Shown here: piece after piece, positions 8,874 to 18,388 of the stretch
Layout of the letters: the number at the start of each line of letters is the position of its first letter
How positions within the stretch are numbered: position 1 is the stretch's first letter
NCBI GenBank assembly: GCA_963555995.3
Contig: OY821641.1
Location: forward strand, 3,584,001 to 3,648,000
Reading direction: 5' to 3'
Origin: Vicinamibacteria bacterium
GTDB taxonomy: Bacteria; Acidobacteriota; Vicinamibacteria; Marinacidobacterales; Marinacidobacteraceae
Length of the DNA stretch: 64,000 nt
Translations under genes and position numbers: made by a program
Notes under the pieces: generated by a model
Databases searched by the model: none
Told to the model about the DNA's origin: nothing
The model's input: the letters and a program-made list of their open reading frames with translations, nothing else

Positions 8874-10430
8874 CTACTCCGCGGCGGCGGGGGCGCGGGC
8901 GGCGCGCAGGCCCTTCCAGACGCTGCCGCAGAGGACGAGCAGCAGCAGCGCGATGGGGAAGCCGGTGGTGAGGGCGGCCGTCTGGATCGCCACCAGCCCG
9001 CCGCCGACCAGCAGGGTGATGGCGACCAGTCCTTCGAAGGTGCACCAGAAGACGCGCTGCGCGACCGGCGCGTCGAGCTTGCCCCCGGCGGTGATGGCAT
9101 CAATCACCAGCGATCCGGAGTCGGAGGAGGTGACGAAGAAGAGGACCACGAGGACGATCCCGGCGAACGAGGTGAGTTCGCCGAGCGGCAGCAACTCCAG
9201 CATCCGGAAGAGGGCCAGTTCCGGCTGCCCGGCCTGCACCGCGTCGGCGATGCCGGTCTGCCCGCCGCGGTGGAGCGCCAGCGCGGTGGCGCCGAAGGTG
9301 TTGAACCAGAGCGCGGAGAGGATCAGCGGGACGACCAGCATGCAGCCGACGAGGCTCCGCACGGTGCGGCCGCGCGAGACGCGGGCGATGAACATGCCGA
9401 CGAAGGGCGCCCACGAGAGCCACCAGGCCCAGTAGAAGGTGGTCCAGCCGTGCAGGAAGTCGAGATCGTCGCGGCCCACCCAGTTGCTGAGGGGGCCGAT
9501 CACCGCGAGGTAGCGGCCGAGGCTGCCCGCGAACCCGGCGAGGAGGTCGAGCGTCGGCCCCGCCGCCAGCACGAACGCGAGCAGCACCAGCGCGAGCGCC
9601 ATGTTGGCCTGGCTCAGCCGCTTGACGCCCTTGTCCATGCCCAGGATCACGGACCCGAGCGCGACCGTGGTGATGGCGGCGATGAGCACCACCTCGGTGG
9701 TCACGGTGGCGGGGATTCCGAACAGGTGCTCCAGCCCGGCCGCCGTCTGCCCGGCGCCCAGGCCGAGCGAGGTGGCGAGTCCGAACAGGGTGGCGAACAC
9801 CGCGAGGGTGTCGGTGAGGTGGCCGAACCGGCCCCACACGCGCTCCCCCAGCAGCGGGTAGAACGCCGACCGCAGGCTCATCGGCAGTCCCAGGTTGTAG
9901 GCGGCGAAGGCGAGGGCGAGGGCGACCACCGCGTAGATGGCCCAGGGGTGCAGGCCCCAGTGGAAGACGGCGGCGGCGACCGCCAGTCCCTCGGCGGCGG
10001 CGGTGTCCGCCGGGTCCACCCCGAGCGGCGGGTTGCGGAGGTGGTGGATCGGCTCGGCGACGCCGAAGAACATCAGGCCGATGCCCATCCCGGCCGCGAA
10101 CAGCATCGCGAACCACGACGCACTGGAGTAGTCCGGCCGGGCGTCGGGGCCGCCGAGGCGGATGCCGCCGAGCGGCGTGAGCAACAGCAGCAGGCAGAAG
10201 AGGATGAAGACGTTGGCGGCGGCCAGGAACACCCAGTCGAAGGTCGCGGTCAGCCAGCCGTAGAGCGCGGCGAAGACTCCGGCGGCGGCCTCCCGGAACA
10301 GGAGCACGCCGGCGACGAAGGCGATGACGGTGAGGCTCGAGACGATGAAGACCGGGTTGTGGATGTCGAGTCCGAAGGGACGGATGTTGTCGCGGCCGAG
10401 TCGGTAGCCGCTCGCTCGATCGCTGGACAT
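8874..10430 (-). CDS. BCCT family betaine/carnitine/choline transporter
   Basis: SWFAMLFAAGMGIGLMF, FHWGLHPWAIY, WTTFYWAWWLSWAPFVGMFIARVSRGRT, FFVTSSDSG. Confidence 0.95.
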   Translation of the reverse strand: MSSDRASGYRLGRDNIRPFGLDIHNPVFIVSSLTVIAFVAGVLLFREAAAGVFAALYGWLTATFDWVFLAAANVFILFCLLLLLTPLGGIRLGGPDARPDYSSASWFAMLFAAGMGIGLMFFGVAEPIHHLRNPPLGVDPADTAAAEGLAVAAAVFHWGLHPWAIYAVVALALAFAAYNLGLPMSLRSAFYPLLGERVWGRFGHLTDTLAVFATLFGLATSLGLGAGQTAAGLEHLFGIPATVTTEVVLIAAITTVALGSVILGMDKGVKRLSQANMALALVLLAFVLAAGPTLDLLAGFAGSLGRYLAVIGPLSNWVGRDDLDFLHGWTTFYWAWWLSWAPFVGMFIARVSRGRTVRSLVGCMLVVPLILSALWFNTFGATALALHRGGQTGIADAVQAGQPELALFRMLELLPLGELTSFAGIVLVVLFFVTSSDSGSLVIDAITAGGKLDAPVAQRVFWCTFEGLVAITLLVGGGLVAIQTAALTTGFPIALLLLVLCGSVWKGLRAARAPAAAE

Positions 10431-10481
10431 GGAGAATTCGGGCTACGGGCGCCGGTGGATCTCCTCGGAGGGAGCCGGTTG

Positions 10482-10562
10482 CGTCAAAACGTGTCGGGTA
10501 CGGTCATTCCGGCCGCGGGGGCGCGACTTGCATCGTTCCGGGTTGATCGCCAAAATATGTCA
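10482..10562. promoter_or_regulatory. Two related 15-bp boxes in the divergent BCCT/WYL intergenic region; candidate WYL operator sites
   Basis: CGTCAAAACGTGTCG (10482-10496) and CGCCAAAATATGTCA (10548-10562); both resemble a degenerate YGAC-N7-GTCR palindrome. Confidence 0.4.
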
Positions 10563-10618
10563 TAGCGGCCCGGCGGCGGAGCGACCCGCGTGCGACCGGC
10601 GGCCGCAGGGAGAGTCTA

Positions 10619-11692
10619 GTGGCCAGTTCCATCGCCCGCACCGCAACCCTGTTCCGGAAACTCCTGAGTGGCCGGCGCATCACCTACCGGGACCTGGAGG
10701 AGCAGGAGAACATCAACCGGCGCACGGCGCTCCGCTGGATCAAGGAGGCCAAGCGGATCTTCGGCGCGGCGCTCCAGGAGGAACGGCAGGCAACCGGCGA
10801 AAAGCAGTTCTGGCTGGACTCCGAGGCGGCCCGCTGGATCGGGGGGTTCCGGCACCGGCTGCCCACCCCCGAGGAGATGGCGGCGCTCGACAAGGCGGTG
10901 CAGGTCCTCCGCCGGGAGGGGCTGGCGCACGAGGTGGAAGAGCTCACCGCGCTGCGGAGCAAGGTGCACGGCGTGGTCGAGAAGGCGGAGCAGGCGATGA
11001 AAACGGACACCGACACCGAGGCGATCCTCGACTCCTGGGGGATCGTCTCGCGGCCCGGCCCCCACCGGCGGCCGAGCGAGAACGTGGCGGCGCCGCTGCG
11101 GGACGCCATCCTCAAGCAGCGGCGGATCACCTTCACCTACCGGACGCGAAGCGGCGGGGAGACCGCCAAGACGGCCGCCCCCGCGGGGCTGCTCCACGGC
11201 GGCAACCCCCGGCTGATCGCGCTGGAAGAAGGGAAGGAGCAGCTCGCGCAGTACCGCCTCGACCGGATGAGCGAGGTCACGGTCCTGGAGGAGCCGCACG
11301 CGCTGCCCGAAGACGCCCTCAAGGACTACCTGAACACGCTCTTCGGTTCCTTCGGCGAGGAGCCGGTGAACGTCCAGTGGCGGTTCCACCCGGACGCGCC
11401 CGAGCCGGAGACCTGGACCTTCCACCCGACGCAGAAGGTGGAGAAGGACGCCGACGGGGTGGTGACGGTGACGTTCCGGGCCGGCGGACTCGACGACATG
11501 GCGCGGCACGTCATCGGCTGGTGGGACTGGATCCAGGTGGACAAGCCCAAGGCGCTGCGGAAGGCCATCCTCAGGATGCGGCTGGCCGGGCTGGCGCAAC
11601 TGCTCTACGAGTTCGCCGACCAGCGCACCGCGACCCGCATCTGGAACCTGACCGAACAACTCGGCGCCAACAAGGTGGACTACTGGGAGTAG
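10619..11692 (+). CDS. WYL-domain (wHTH-WYL-WCX) transcriptional regulator
   Basis: N-terminal HTH (INRRTALRWIK), LRDAILKQRRITFTY, YRLDRMSEV, C-terminal FHPTQ...WWDWIQVDKP. Confidence 0.85.
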   Translation: MASSIARTATLFRKLLSGRRITYRDLEEQENINRRTALRWIKEAKRIFGAALQEERQATGEKQFWLDSEAARWIGGFRHRLPTPEEMAALDKAVQVLRREGLAHEVEELTALRSKVHGVVEKAEQAMKTDTDTEAILDSWGIVSRPGPHRRPSENVAAPLRDAILKQRRITFTYRTRSGGETAKTAAPAGLLHGGNPRLIALEEGKEQLAQYRLDRMSEVTVLEEPHALPEDALKDYLNTLFGSFGEEPVNVQWRFHPDAPEPETWTFHPTQKVEKDADGVVTVTFRAGGLDDMARHVIGWWDWIQVDKPKALRKAILRMRLAGLAQLLYEFADQRTATRIWNLTEQLGANKVDYWE

Positions 11693-11756
11693 CGGCCCGG
11701 CAACTCCGGAGCGGAGGTGACGCGCCGGCTGGGAACGCCGGGTAGGCGCGCCGCCT

Positions 11757-11914
11757 GGGAGCGCCGCTCTTCAGAGCGGCACAGCGGGCCGAAGGCCCGC
11801 GGATGGCGTGTCGCTGATAGCGGTGTTGTCCAGAGCGGGGAGCGTCATCGCGCAGCTCAGCGTCGTGCGGTGCGCTGCTGCGCAGCGCGTGCCGGTGTGA
11901 ACACCGGCGCTCCC
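11757..11914. mobile_element. REPIN/MITE-like element
   Basis: GGGAGCGCCGCTCTTCAGAGCGGCAC ... GTGCCGGTGTGAACACCGGCGCTCCC; interior homologous to the 7521 copy. Confidence 0.8.
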
Positions 11915-11956
11915 GGCCTGGCTCAGGCCACGGTATCCACGGGGTGCTGAGACCCT

Positions 11957-12691
11957 TCAGCGTTTGCCGGGCACCATGGGGACGAAGGCCACGCCCCCGT
12001 GGTCCTGCATCTCGATCTCCCCGTCCTCGCCCCGCGCCGCGACCACGAGGCGCTGACTCCACGGGTCCGGGCCGACGGGCGCCACCAGCCGCCCCCCGGG
12101 AGCGAGCTGGTCGAGGAGCGCCTGGGGGATCTCGGGCGGAGCGGCGGTCACCACGATCCGGTCGAAGGGGGCCGCCTCGGGCCAGCCGAGGTAGCCGTCG
12201 CCCACCCGCAGGTGGATCCGGTCGTAGCCGAGGTCGCGGAGGGTGGCCTCCGCCCGCGCCCCGAGTCCCGGGAGCAGCTCGATGGACCAGACCTCGGCCT
12301 CGAGTTCGGCGAGCACCGCGGCCTGGTAGCCGGAGCCGGTGCCGATCTCGAGCACCCGCTGGCCGGGCGTGATCCGCGCCAGCGAACTCATCAGGGCGAC
12401 GATGTAGGGCTGGGAGATGGTCTGCCCCTCGTCGATCGGTAGCGGCCGGTCGGAGTGGGCGCGGCTCCGTTCCGACGCCGGCACGAACTGCTCCCGCGGA
12501 ACGTTCCGCATGGCGCGCAGCACCGCCTCGTCGCGGATGCCGCGGCGTTCGATCTGGTTCCGCACCATCAGGATCCGTTCCGCCCGGAAGGCGTCCTCCT
12601 GTTCCCGGTTGCCGGTGGCTTCGCCGCTGCCGCAGGTTGCCGAGAAGAGAACAAGGGCCGCGAGGGCAGCCGTTCGCGAACCGCTCCTCAT
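11957..12691 (-). CDS. pcm: Protein-L-isoaspartate O-methyltransferase with signal-peptide-like N-terminus
   Basis: [46 protein letters not shown]; GGAGGA RBS. Confidence 0.92.
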   Translation of the reverse strand: MRSGSRTAALAALVLFSATCGSGEATGNREQEDAFRAERILMVRNQIERRGIRDEAVLRAMRNVPREQFVPASERSRAHSDRPLPIDEGQTISQPYIVALMSSLARITPGQRVLEIGTGSGYQAAVLAELEAEVWSIELLPGLGARAEATLRDLGYDRIHLRVGDGYLGWPEAAPFDRIVVTAAPPEIPQALLDQLAPGGRLVAPVGPDPWSQRLVVAARGEDGEIEMQDHGGVAFVPMVPGKR

Positions 12692-12784
12692 GGAGATTCC
12701 TCCCGATGCGCCAAGTGTAAACAGACGGTGGAACGGGGTTCCAAGCCGTTTACGACTTGAGGCGGATCAGCGATTGTGTGCTCT

Positions 12785-12827
12785 GCGGGCCTGCGGCCCG
12801 CGTGCCGGTCTGAAGACCGGCGCTCCC
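12785..12827. repeat. REP-like palindrome plus GCGGGCC/GGCCCGC hairpin
   Basis: GCGGGCCTGCGGCCCGCGTGCCGGTCTGAAGACCGGCGCTCCC. Confidence 0.8.
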
Positions 12828-12874
12828 GGCCGCCTCCGCCTCCCCCCGGCTGGAGTGTGATGGAATGAGCGGCC

Positions 12875-13666
12875 GTGGAGCGGGTGCGAAGGGTCTGTTG
12901 GTGGGCCGTCCTTCTCGGATTGGCGGTCCCGGCGTCTGCCGGGGCGCAGGGGTTCAGCCGGACCGAGTTCCAGTACCAGGGCGGGTCGGCGTGGGTCGCG
13001 GGCGACCTCAGTCCGCCGAGGTTCCAGCACGTCTTCACCCTCCAGCACGCGAGCGCGTGGAGCCGCGGGTCGAACTTCTTCTTCGTGGACATGGTGTGCT
13101 GCGACGAGCCGGTGTCGAACCGGAACATCTACCTGGAGTGGTTCCCGACCCTCAGCCTCGGGGCGCTCCGCGGCGGGGACCTCGCCTTCGGCCCGGTCCG
13201 GGACATCCAACTGATCGGCGGGTTGAACTGGGGCGCGCAGGCCCGGATGGTGAAGCTCACCCCGGGAATCCGGTTCGCGCTCGACCTGCCGGGATTCGCG
13301 TTCGCCAACCTGGACTGGACCTGGCTCGTGGACCGCGGCGCGGGTCTCGCGGGGGGCGGGGCGCCCAAGGCCGATCCCATGCTCGGCGTGGATTTCAACT
13401 GGAGGTATCCGTTCCGGATCGGGGAGGGCGTCTTCTCCGTCGAGGGGCACGGCGAGTGGCAGAGCGCCGCCGACAACGAGACCGGGGCGCGCCAGCCGTA
13501 CCAGGTGCTCCTCCAGCCGCAGATCCGCTACGACCTCGGCAGGGCGATGTCCGGGGCCGAGAACCGCCTGCTGGTCGGGACGGAGCTGCAGGTGTGGCGC
13601 AACAAGTTCGGGGTCGAAGGGGCGCACGAATTCCTCCCCCAGCTCCTGGTCGTCTTCGGCTTCTGA
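12875..13666 (+). CDS. Outer-membrane channel, Tsx/OmpK-like nucleoside-specific porin family
   Basis: Signal peptide (ASAGAQ), TLQHASAWSRGSNFFFVD, QPQIRYDLG, GTELQVWRNKFG, terminal Phe. Confidence 0.7.
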   Translation: MERVRRVCWWAVLLGLAVPASAGAQGFSRTEFQYQGGSAWVAGDLSPPRFQHVFTLQHASAWSRGSNFFFVDMVCCDEPVSNRNIYLEWFPTLSLGALRGGDLAFGPVRDIQLIGGLNWGAQARMVKLTPGIRFALDLPGFAFANLDWTWLVDRGAGLAGGGAPKADPMLGVDFNWRYPFRIGEGVFSVEGHGEWQSAADNETGARQPYQVLLQPQIRYDLGRAMSGAENRLLVGTELQVWRNKFGVEGAHEFLPQLLVVFGF

Positions 13667-13674
13667 GGGGGGCC

Positions 13675-14451
13675 TTGCGGCCGTTCGCGGTCCCGCTGCT
13701 GCTGGCGTTCGCGGCCTGCGGCGAGCCCGCCGGGCCGCCCGGGACCGTACGGATTCCGCCCGGTGACGAACTCGCCGGCTTCTTTCTCGAAGCCGGGGAG
13801 GTCACCACCGCCCGGTTCGCCGCCTTCGTGGCGGAGAGCGGGTACGAGACCGACGCGGAACGCTACGGCTGGTCGCTCGTCTTCCACGCGCCCGGGACCG
13901 AGCCCGAGAATGCGCGGGTGGTGGCCGCCACCCCCTGGTGGGTCCGGGTGGAGGGGGCCGACTGGCGGCGGCCCCGCGGGCCGGACCACCCGGCCGCCGA
14001 GGACGACCACCCGGCGACCCAGGTGAGCTGGAACGACGCGGCGGCGTTCTGCGCCGCCGCGGGCGGCCGCCTGCCCACCGGGGCCGAGTGGGCGCACGCG
14101 GCGCGGGGCGGACGAGATGAGAGTCCCTTCCCCTGGGGCGACCGGTCGCCGTTCGCCGGCGAGCCGCCCGCCAACCTCTTCGACGGCCTCTTTCCCAACC
14201 ATCCCGGTCCCGGGGACCGCTTTCCCGGCCTCGCCCCGGTGGGCGTCTTCCCGCCGAATCCCTACGGGCTCTTCGACATGGCGGGGAACGTCTGGGAGTG
14301 GGTGGACGGCGGCGCCCCGGACGACCGGCGCCTCCGGGGCGGGTCCTTCCTCTGCGCCGAGAACTCCTGCCAGGGCTACCGGATCGCCTGGGAGAACCGG
14401 GCCACCGCCGACTCCGCCTGGGACCACACCGGCTTCCGCTGCGCGTTTTAG
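13675..14451 (+). CDS. Formylglycine-generating enzyme (SUMF1/FGE-sulfatase family), predicted lipoprotein
   Basis: TTG start, lipobox-like FAAC; HPATQVSWNDA, RLPTGAEW, GLFDMAGNVWEW, RGGSFLCAENSC, GFRC. Confidence 0.85.
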   Translation: MRPFAVPLLLAFAACGEPAGPPGTVRIPPGDELAGFFLEAGEVTTARFAAFVAESGYETDAERYGWSLVFHAPGTEPENARVVAATPWWVRVEGADWRRPRGPDHPAAEDDHPATQVSWNDAAAFCAAAGGRLPTGAEWAHAARGGRDESPFPWGDRSPFAGEPPANLFDGLFPNHPGPGDRFPGLAPVGVFPPNPYGLFDMAGNVWEWVDGGAPDDRRLRGGSFLCAENSCQGYRIAWENRATADSAWDHTGFRCAF

Positions 14452-14491
14452 CCGCAGCGTCGCGCCGTCTCCGGCGGTACACTGCGGCGTC

Positions 14492-15298
14492 GTGCCGACC
14501 GTCGCTGGAGCCCTTCCCGAGCAGCAGGGGTTCGGCGCCACCCGTCGGCGGGACAACTGGTGGGTCGTCCCGGCGGCCACCTTCGCGGTGCTCTCCGGGT
14601 TCATCGTCTATTCGACCTGGGCGGCCTTCCAGAACGCGCACTACGAGTTCGGGAACTACCTCTCGCCGATGTACTCGCCGGTGCTCTTCGGCGATTCCCA
14701 GCACGCCTGGTTCGGCGGCAAGCCGAGCATCTGGCCCGACTTCCTGCCCTGGTCGCCGGCCCTCCTGATCCTCTGGGCGCCCGCCGGCTTCCGGCTCACC
14801 TGCTACTACTACCGCGGGTCCTACTACAAGGCGTTCTGGGCCAGCCCCATGAACTGCACGGTGGGGAAGCCCTGGAAGACCTACCGCGGCGAGAACAGCC
14901 TGCCGCTGATCCTGCAGAACGTGCACCGCTACTTCCTTTACCTCGCGGTGGCGTTCATCGGCATCCTCTCCTGGGACGCCTGGATGGCGATGTGGTTCGT
15001 GGACCCGGTCACCGGCGCGGAACAGTTCGGTATCGGGGTCGGCACCCTGGTCCTCACGACCAACGTGGTCCTGCTGGGCGGCTACACCTTCGGCTGCCAC
15101 TCCTTCCGCCACCTCGCCGGGGGGATCCTCGACAAGATCTCGGGCAAACCGGCGCGCCAGTGCGCCTACCAGTGTTCGAGCTGGCTGAACGTGCGCCACA
15201 TGAAGTTCGCCTGGAGCAGCCTCTTCTGGGTGGCGTTCTCGGACGTCTACGTCCGGCTCTGCTCGATGGGCGTCTGGACCGACTACCGGATTCTGTAG
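14492..15298 (+). CDS. Membrane anchor of Sdh1-type succinate dehydrogenase (Rv0249c-like)
   Basis: Multi-TM protein with FRLTCYYYRG, QNVHRYF, GCHSFRH and NVRHM, directly upstream of the flavoprotein; GTG start inferred. Confidence 0.8.
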   Translation: MPTVAGALPEQQGFGATRRRDNWWVVPAATFAVLSGFIVYSTWAAFQNAHYEFGNYLSPMYSPVLFGDSQHAWFGGKPSIWPDFLPWSPALLILWAPAGFRLTCYYYRGSYYKAFWASPMNCTVGKPWKTYRGENSLPLILQNVHRYFLYLAVAFIGILSWDAWMAMWFVDPVTGAEQFGIGVGTLVLTTNVVLLGGYTFGCHSFRHLAGGILDKISGKPARQCAYQCSSWLNVRHMKFAWSSLFWVAFSDVYVRLCSMGVWTDYRIL

Positions 15299-17122
15299 AT
15301 GCAGGTCGCGGAGCACGACGTTCTGGTCATCGGCGCCGGGGGCGCCGGGCTCCGGGCCGCCATCGAGGCGTCGGCCGCCGGAGCGACGGTCGGCCTCGTC
15401 ACCAAGTCGCTGCTCGGCAAGGCGCACACGGTGATGGCGGAGGGCGGGATCGCCGCCGCCCTCGCCAACGTGGACGGCCGGGACGACTGGAAGACCCACT
15501 TCGCCGACACCATGCGCGGCGGGCAGTACGGGAACAACCCCACGATGGCCGAACTCCACGCGAAGGAGGCCCCCGCCCGGGTCCGGGAGCTGGAGGCGTG
15601 GGGCGCGGTCTTCGACCGCACGAACGACCAGAAGATCCTCCAGCGCAACTTCGGCGGCCACAAGTACCCCCGGCTCGCCCACGTCGGGGACCGGACCGGG
15701 CTCGAGATGATCCGCACCCTCCAGGACCACGGCATCCACCTCGGGATGGCTGTCCACATGGAGTGGACGGTCACCCGCCTGCTCACCGACGGCGGCCGGG
15801 TGGTCGGGGCCTTCGGCTACGACCGGGAGAAGGGGCGCTTCCAGGTGTTCCGGGCGTCGGCGGTGGTGCTCGCCACCGGCGGGATCGGCCGGGCCTACCG
15901 GATCACCTCGAACAGTTGGGAGTACACCGGCGACGGCCACGCGCTCGCCTACGAGGCGGGGGCCGAGCTCATCGATATGGAGTACGTCCAGTTCCATCCC
16001 ACCGGGATGGTCTGGCCGCCGAGCGTCCGCGGCATCCTGGTGACCGAGGGCGTGCGGGGCGAGGGCGGCGTCCTCCGCAACAGCGAGGGCCAGCGGTTCA
16101 TGTTCGACGACATCCCCGACCTCTACCGGGGATCCACGGCGAGCGACCCGGAGGAGGGCTGGCGCTACACCCAGGGCGACAAGGAGGCCCGCCGGCCGCC
16201 CGAACTCCTGACCCGCGACCACGTCGCCCGCTGCATCGTGCGGGAGATCAAGGAGGGCCGGGGCAGCCCGCACGGCGGGGTGTTCCTCGACATCGCCTGG
16301 ATCAAAGAGAAGCTGAAGGACAGCGAGGCGCACATCCGGCGCAAGCTCCCCAGCATGTACCACCAGTTCAAGGAGCTGGCGGGGATTGACATCACCGGCG
16401 AGGCGATGGAGGTCGGCCCCACCACCCACTACGTGATGGGCGGGGTCAAGGTGGACGGGGAGACCCAGATGTCCCGGGTGCCGGGCCTCTTCGCCGCCGG
16501 CGAGTGCGCCGGGGGCCTCCACGGAGCGAACCGCCTCGGCGGGAACTCGCTCTCGGACCTGCTGGTCTTCGGGAAGCGCGCCGGGGAGCACGCCGCGGAG
16601 TTCGCGGGCGCGAACCCGCGCGGCGGGGCGTCGGGCGCCGAGGCCGAGCAGGTCGAGGCCGCGACCCGGGACGCGCTCGCGCCGCTCGAGCGGCAGGACG
16701 GCGGCGGCGACGGCGTCGGTTCCTACGCCATCCAGAGCGAGCTGCAGGACCTCATGCAGGCGAAGGTCGGCATCGTCCGCAGCCAGGCCGAACTGGAGTC
16801 CGGGCTGGAGGGCGTGCTCGCCCTCAAGGAGCGCGCCGAGAACGTCAGCGTCGGCGGCAACCGCGCCTACAACCCCGGCTGGCACACCGCGCTCGACCTG
16901 CCGAACCTGCTGCTGGTCTCCGAGGCGGTGGCGCGGACCGCCGCGCTCCGCAAGGAGAGCCGGGGCGCGCACTTCCGCGAGGACCACACCGCCAAGGACG
17001 AGCACTGGGGCCGGACCACGCTGGTGGTGCGCAAGGGCGCGGACGGCGGGATGGAGATCGAGGAAGAGGCCGTCACGCCGCCGCGCGACGAGTTGCAGCA
17101 GATCATCGAGGAGAACCGCTGA
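15299..17122 (+). CDS. sdhA: Succinate dehydrogenase/fumarate reductase flavoprotein subunit
   Basis: IGAGGAG, AHTVMAEGG (covalent FAD His), QFHPTG, THYVMGG, HGANRLGGNSL, ESRGAHFR. Confidence 0.95.
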   Translation: MQVAEHDVLVIGAGGAGLRAAIEASAAGATVGLVTKSLLGKAHTVMAEGGIAAALANVDGRDDWKTHFADTMRGGQYGNNPTMAELHAKEAPARVRELEAWGAVFDRTNDQKILQRNFGGHKYPRLAHVGDRTGLEMIRTLQDHGIHLGMAVHMEWTVTRLLTDGGRVVGAFGYDREKGRFQVFRASAVVLATGGIGRAYRITSNSWEYTGDGHALAYEAGAELIDMEYVQFHPTGMVWPPSVRGILVTEGVRGEGGVLRNSEGQRFMFDDIPDLYRGSTASDPEEGWRYTQGDKEARRPPELLTRDHVARCIVREIKEGRGSPHGGVFLDIAWIKEKLKDSEAHIRRKLPSMYHQFKELAGIDITGEAMEVGPTTHYVMGGVKVDGETQMSRVPGLFAAGECAGGLHGANRLGGNSLSDLLVFGKRAGEHAAEFAGANPRGGASGAEAEQVEAATRDALAPLERQDGGGDGVGSYAIQSELQDLMQAKVGIVRSQAELESGLEGVLALKERAENVSVGGNRAYNPGWHTALDLPNLLLVSEAVARTAALRKESRGAHFREDHTAKDEHWGRTTLVVRKGADGGMEIEEEAVTPPRDELQQIIEENR

Positions 17123-17868
17123 TGGCCAGCAGGACCTTCCGCATCTGGCGGGGCGACCAGGGCGGCGACGGCGCGTTCGCCGAGTACGTCACCGACATCA
17201 CCGAGGGCATGGTGGTGCTCGACGCCGTCCACCAGATCCAGGCGGAGTCGGCGGGCGACCTCGCCGTCCGCTGGAACTGCAAGGCGGGGAAGTGCGGCTC
17301 GTGCAGCGCCGAGGTGAACGGCAACCCGCGGCTCATGTGCATGACCCGGATGAGCGACCTGCCGGAGGACCGGCCGGTCACCATCGAGCCGATGCGGGCG
17401 TTCCCGCTGCTCAAGGACCTCGTGACCGACGTGAGTTGGAACTTCGAGGTCAAGAAACGGATCAAGAAGTTCAAGCCCCGCGCGCCGGACGCCGCCGACG
17501 GCACCTGGCGGATGGACCAGCGCGACGTGGACCGGGTGCAGGAGTTCCGGAAGTGCATCGAGTGCTTCCTCTGCCAGGACGTCTGCCACGTCCTCCGGGA
17601 CTCCCACAAGCACGACGAGTTCATCGGCCCCCGGTTCTTCGTCCACGCCGCCGCTCTTGAGATGCACCCGCTGGACACCGAGGACCGGCTCGAGGAGCTG
17701 AAGGAGACCCAGGGCGTCGGCTACTGCAACATCACGAAGTGCTGCACCCGCGTCTGTCCCGAGCACATCACGATCACCGACAACGCGATCATCCCGCTCA
17801 AGGAGCGGGTGGTGGACCGCTTCTACGACCCGGTCCGCAACCTCTTCCGCATCGTCACCGGCCGCTGA
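17122..17868 (+). CDS. sdhB: Succinate dehydrogenase/fumarate reductase iron-sulfur subunit
   Basis: ATG overlaps the sdhA TGA; CKAGKCGSC, CIECFLCQDVC, CNITKCCTRVCP. Confidence 0.95.
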   Translation: MASRTFRIWRGDQGGDGAFAEYVTDITEGMVVLDAVHQIQAESAGDLAVRWNCKAGKCGSCSAEVNGNPRLMCMTRMSDLPEDRPVTIEPMRAFPLLKDLVTDVSWNFEVKKRIKKFKPRAPDAADGTWRMDQRDVDRVQEFRKCIECFLCQDVCHVLRDSHKHDEFIGPRFFVHAAALEMHPLDTEDRLEELKETQGVGYCNITKCCTRVCPEHITITDNAIIPLKERVVDRFYDPVRNLFRIVTGR

Positions 17869-17952
17869 TCCGGACCCCGCCTCGTTGGCCGCGGGGTCCA
17901 TGTCGCCGGGCCGGTTTCGGCATTCGCAGGTACCGGCGACGCCGATTTCGGG

Positions 17953-18218
17953 TTAGGGGAGAACCGGTAGATGTCCCGCCGGTGGAGGAATCGGACGAAA
18001 CGAACCGTGGCCCCTTCCGTCTCCAGGCCAACGCGGTAGTCGCCGATCCGAATCCGATAGCGATTCCCGGAGCCTTGCAGACGACGGAGCGCAGCGACCT
18101 CCTCAAGGTCGGTTGCCGCCTCTACTTCACGGATTTTCTTCGCAAGCCTCGTCAGCAGTCGCCGGTTCCGGATTCGGCTGAGATCGCGCTGGAAGGCGGC
18201 GCGAAACGCCGTCTGGAC
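17953..18218 (-). pseudogene. RelE/ParE-family toxin remnant (absent from the ORF track)
   Basis: Manual translation VQTAFRAAFQRDLSRI...LRRLQGSGNRYRIRIGDYRVG...FVRFLHRRDIYRF; no in-frame ATG/GTG/TTG back to a TGA at 18345-18347; the nearby TAA is out of frame by 1 nt. Confidence 0.7.
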
Positions 18219-18388
18219 AGCCTGTGGTGAAACCCCCGTGAGCGCCGAGAGCGGCGAGGCGCTCGGCTGACAAGGCGCGTGAGGGAGGAATACCGAGCGT
18301 ATTCCGACCGAAACGCAACGCCGAGCGCCGCAACGCGGCGCGGTTCAGCCGGGATGCATCGCCGCTCGAACGCCGCGAGGGTTTTGCC

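Noticed and set aside
7419-10565. Long antisense or shadow ORFs (also 13802-17005, 19357-22791, 35431-38544, 41810-44854, 45226-47760 and others)
   Set aside because: They lie opposite genes with clear family motifs and have no motifs of their own; expected in very GC-rich DNA
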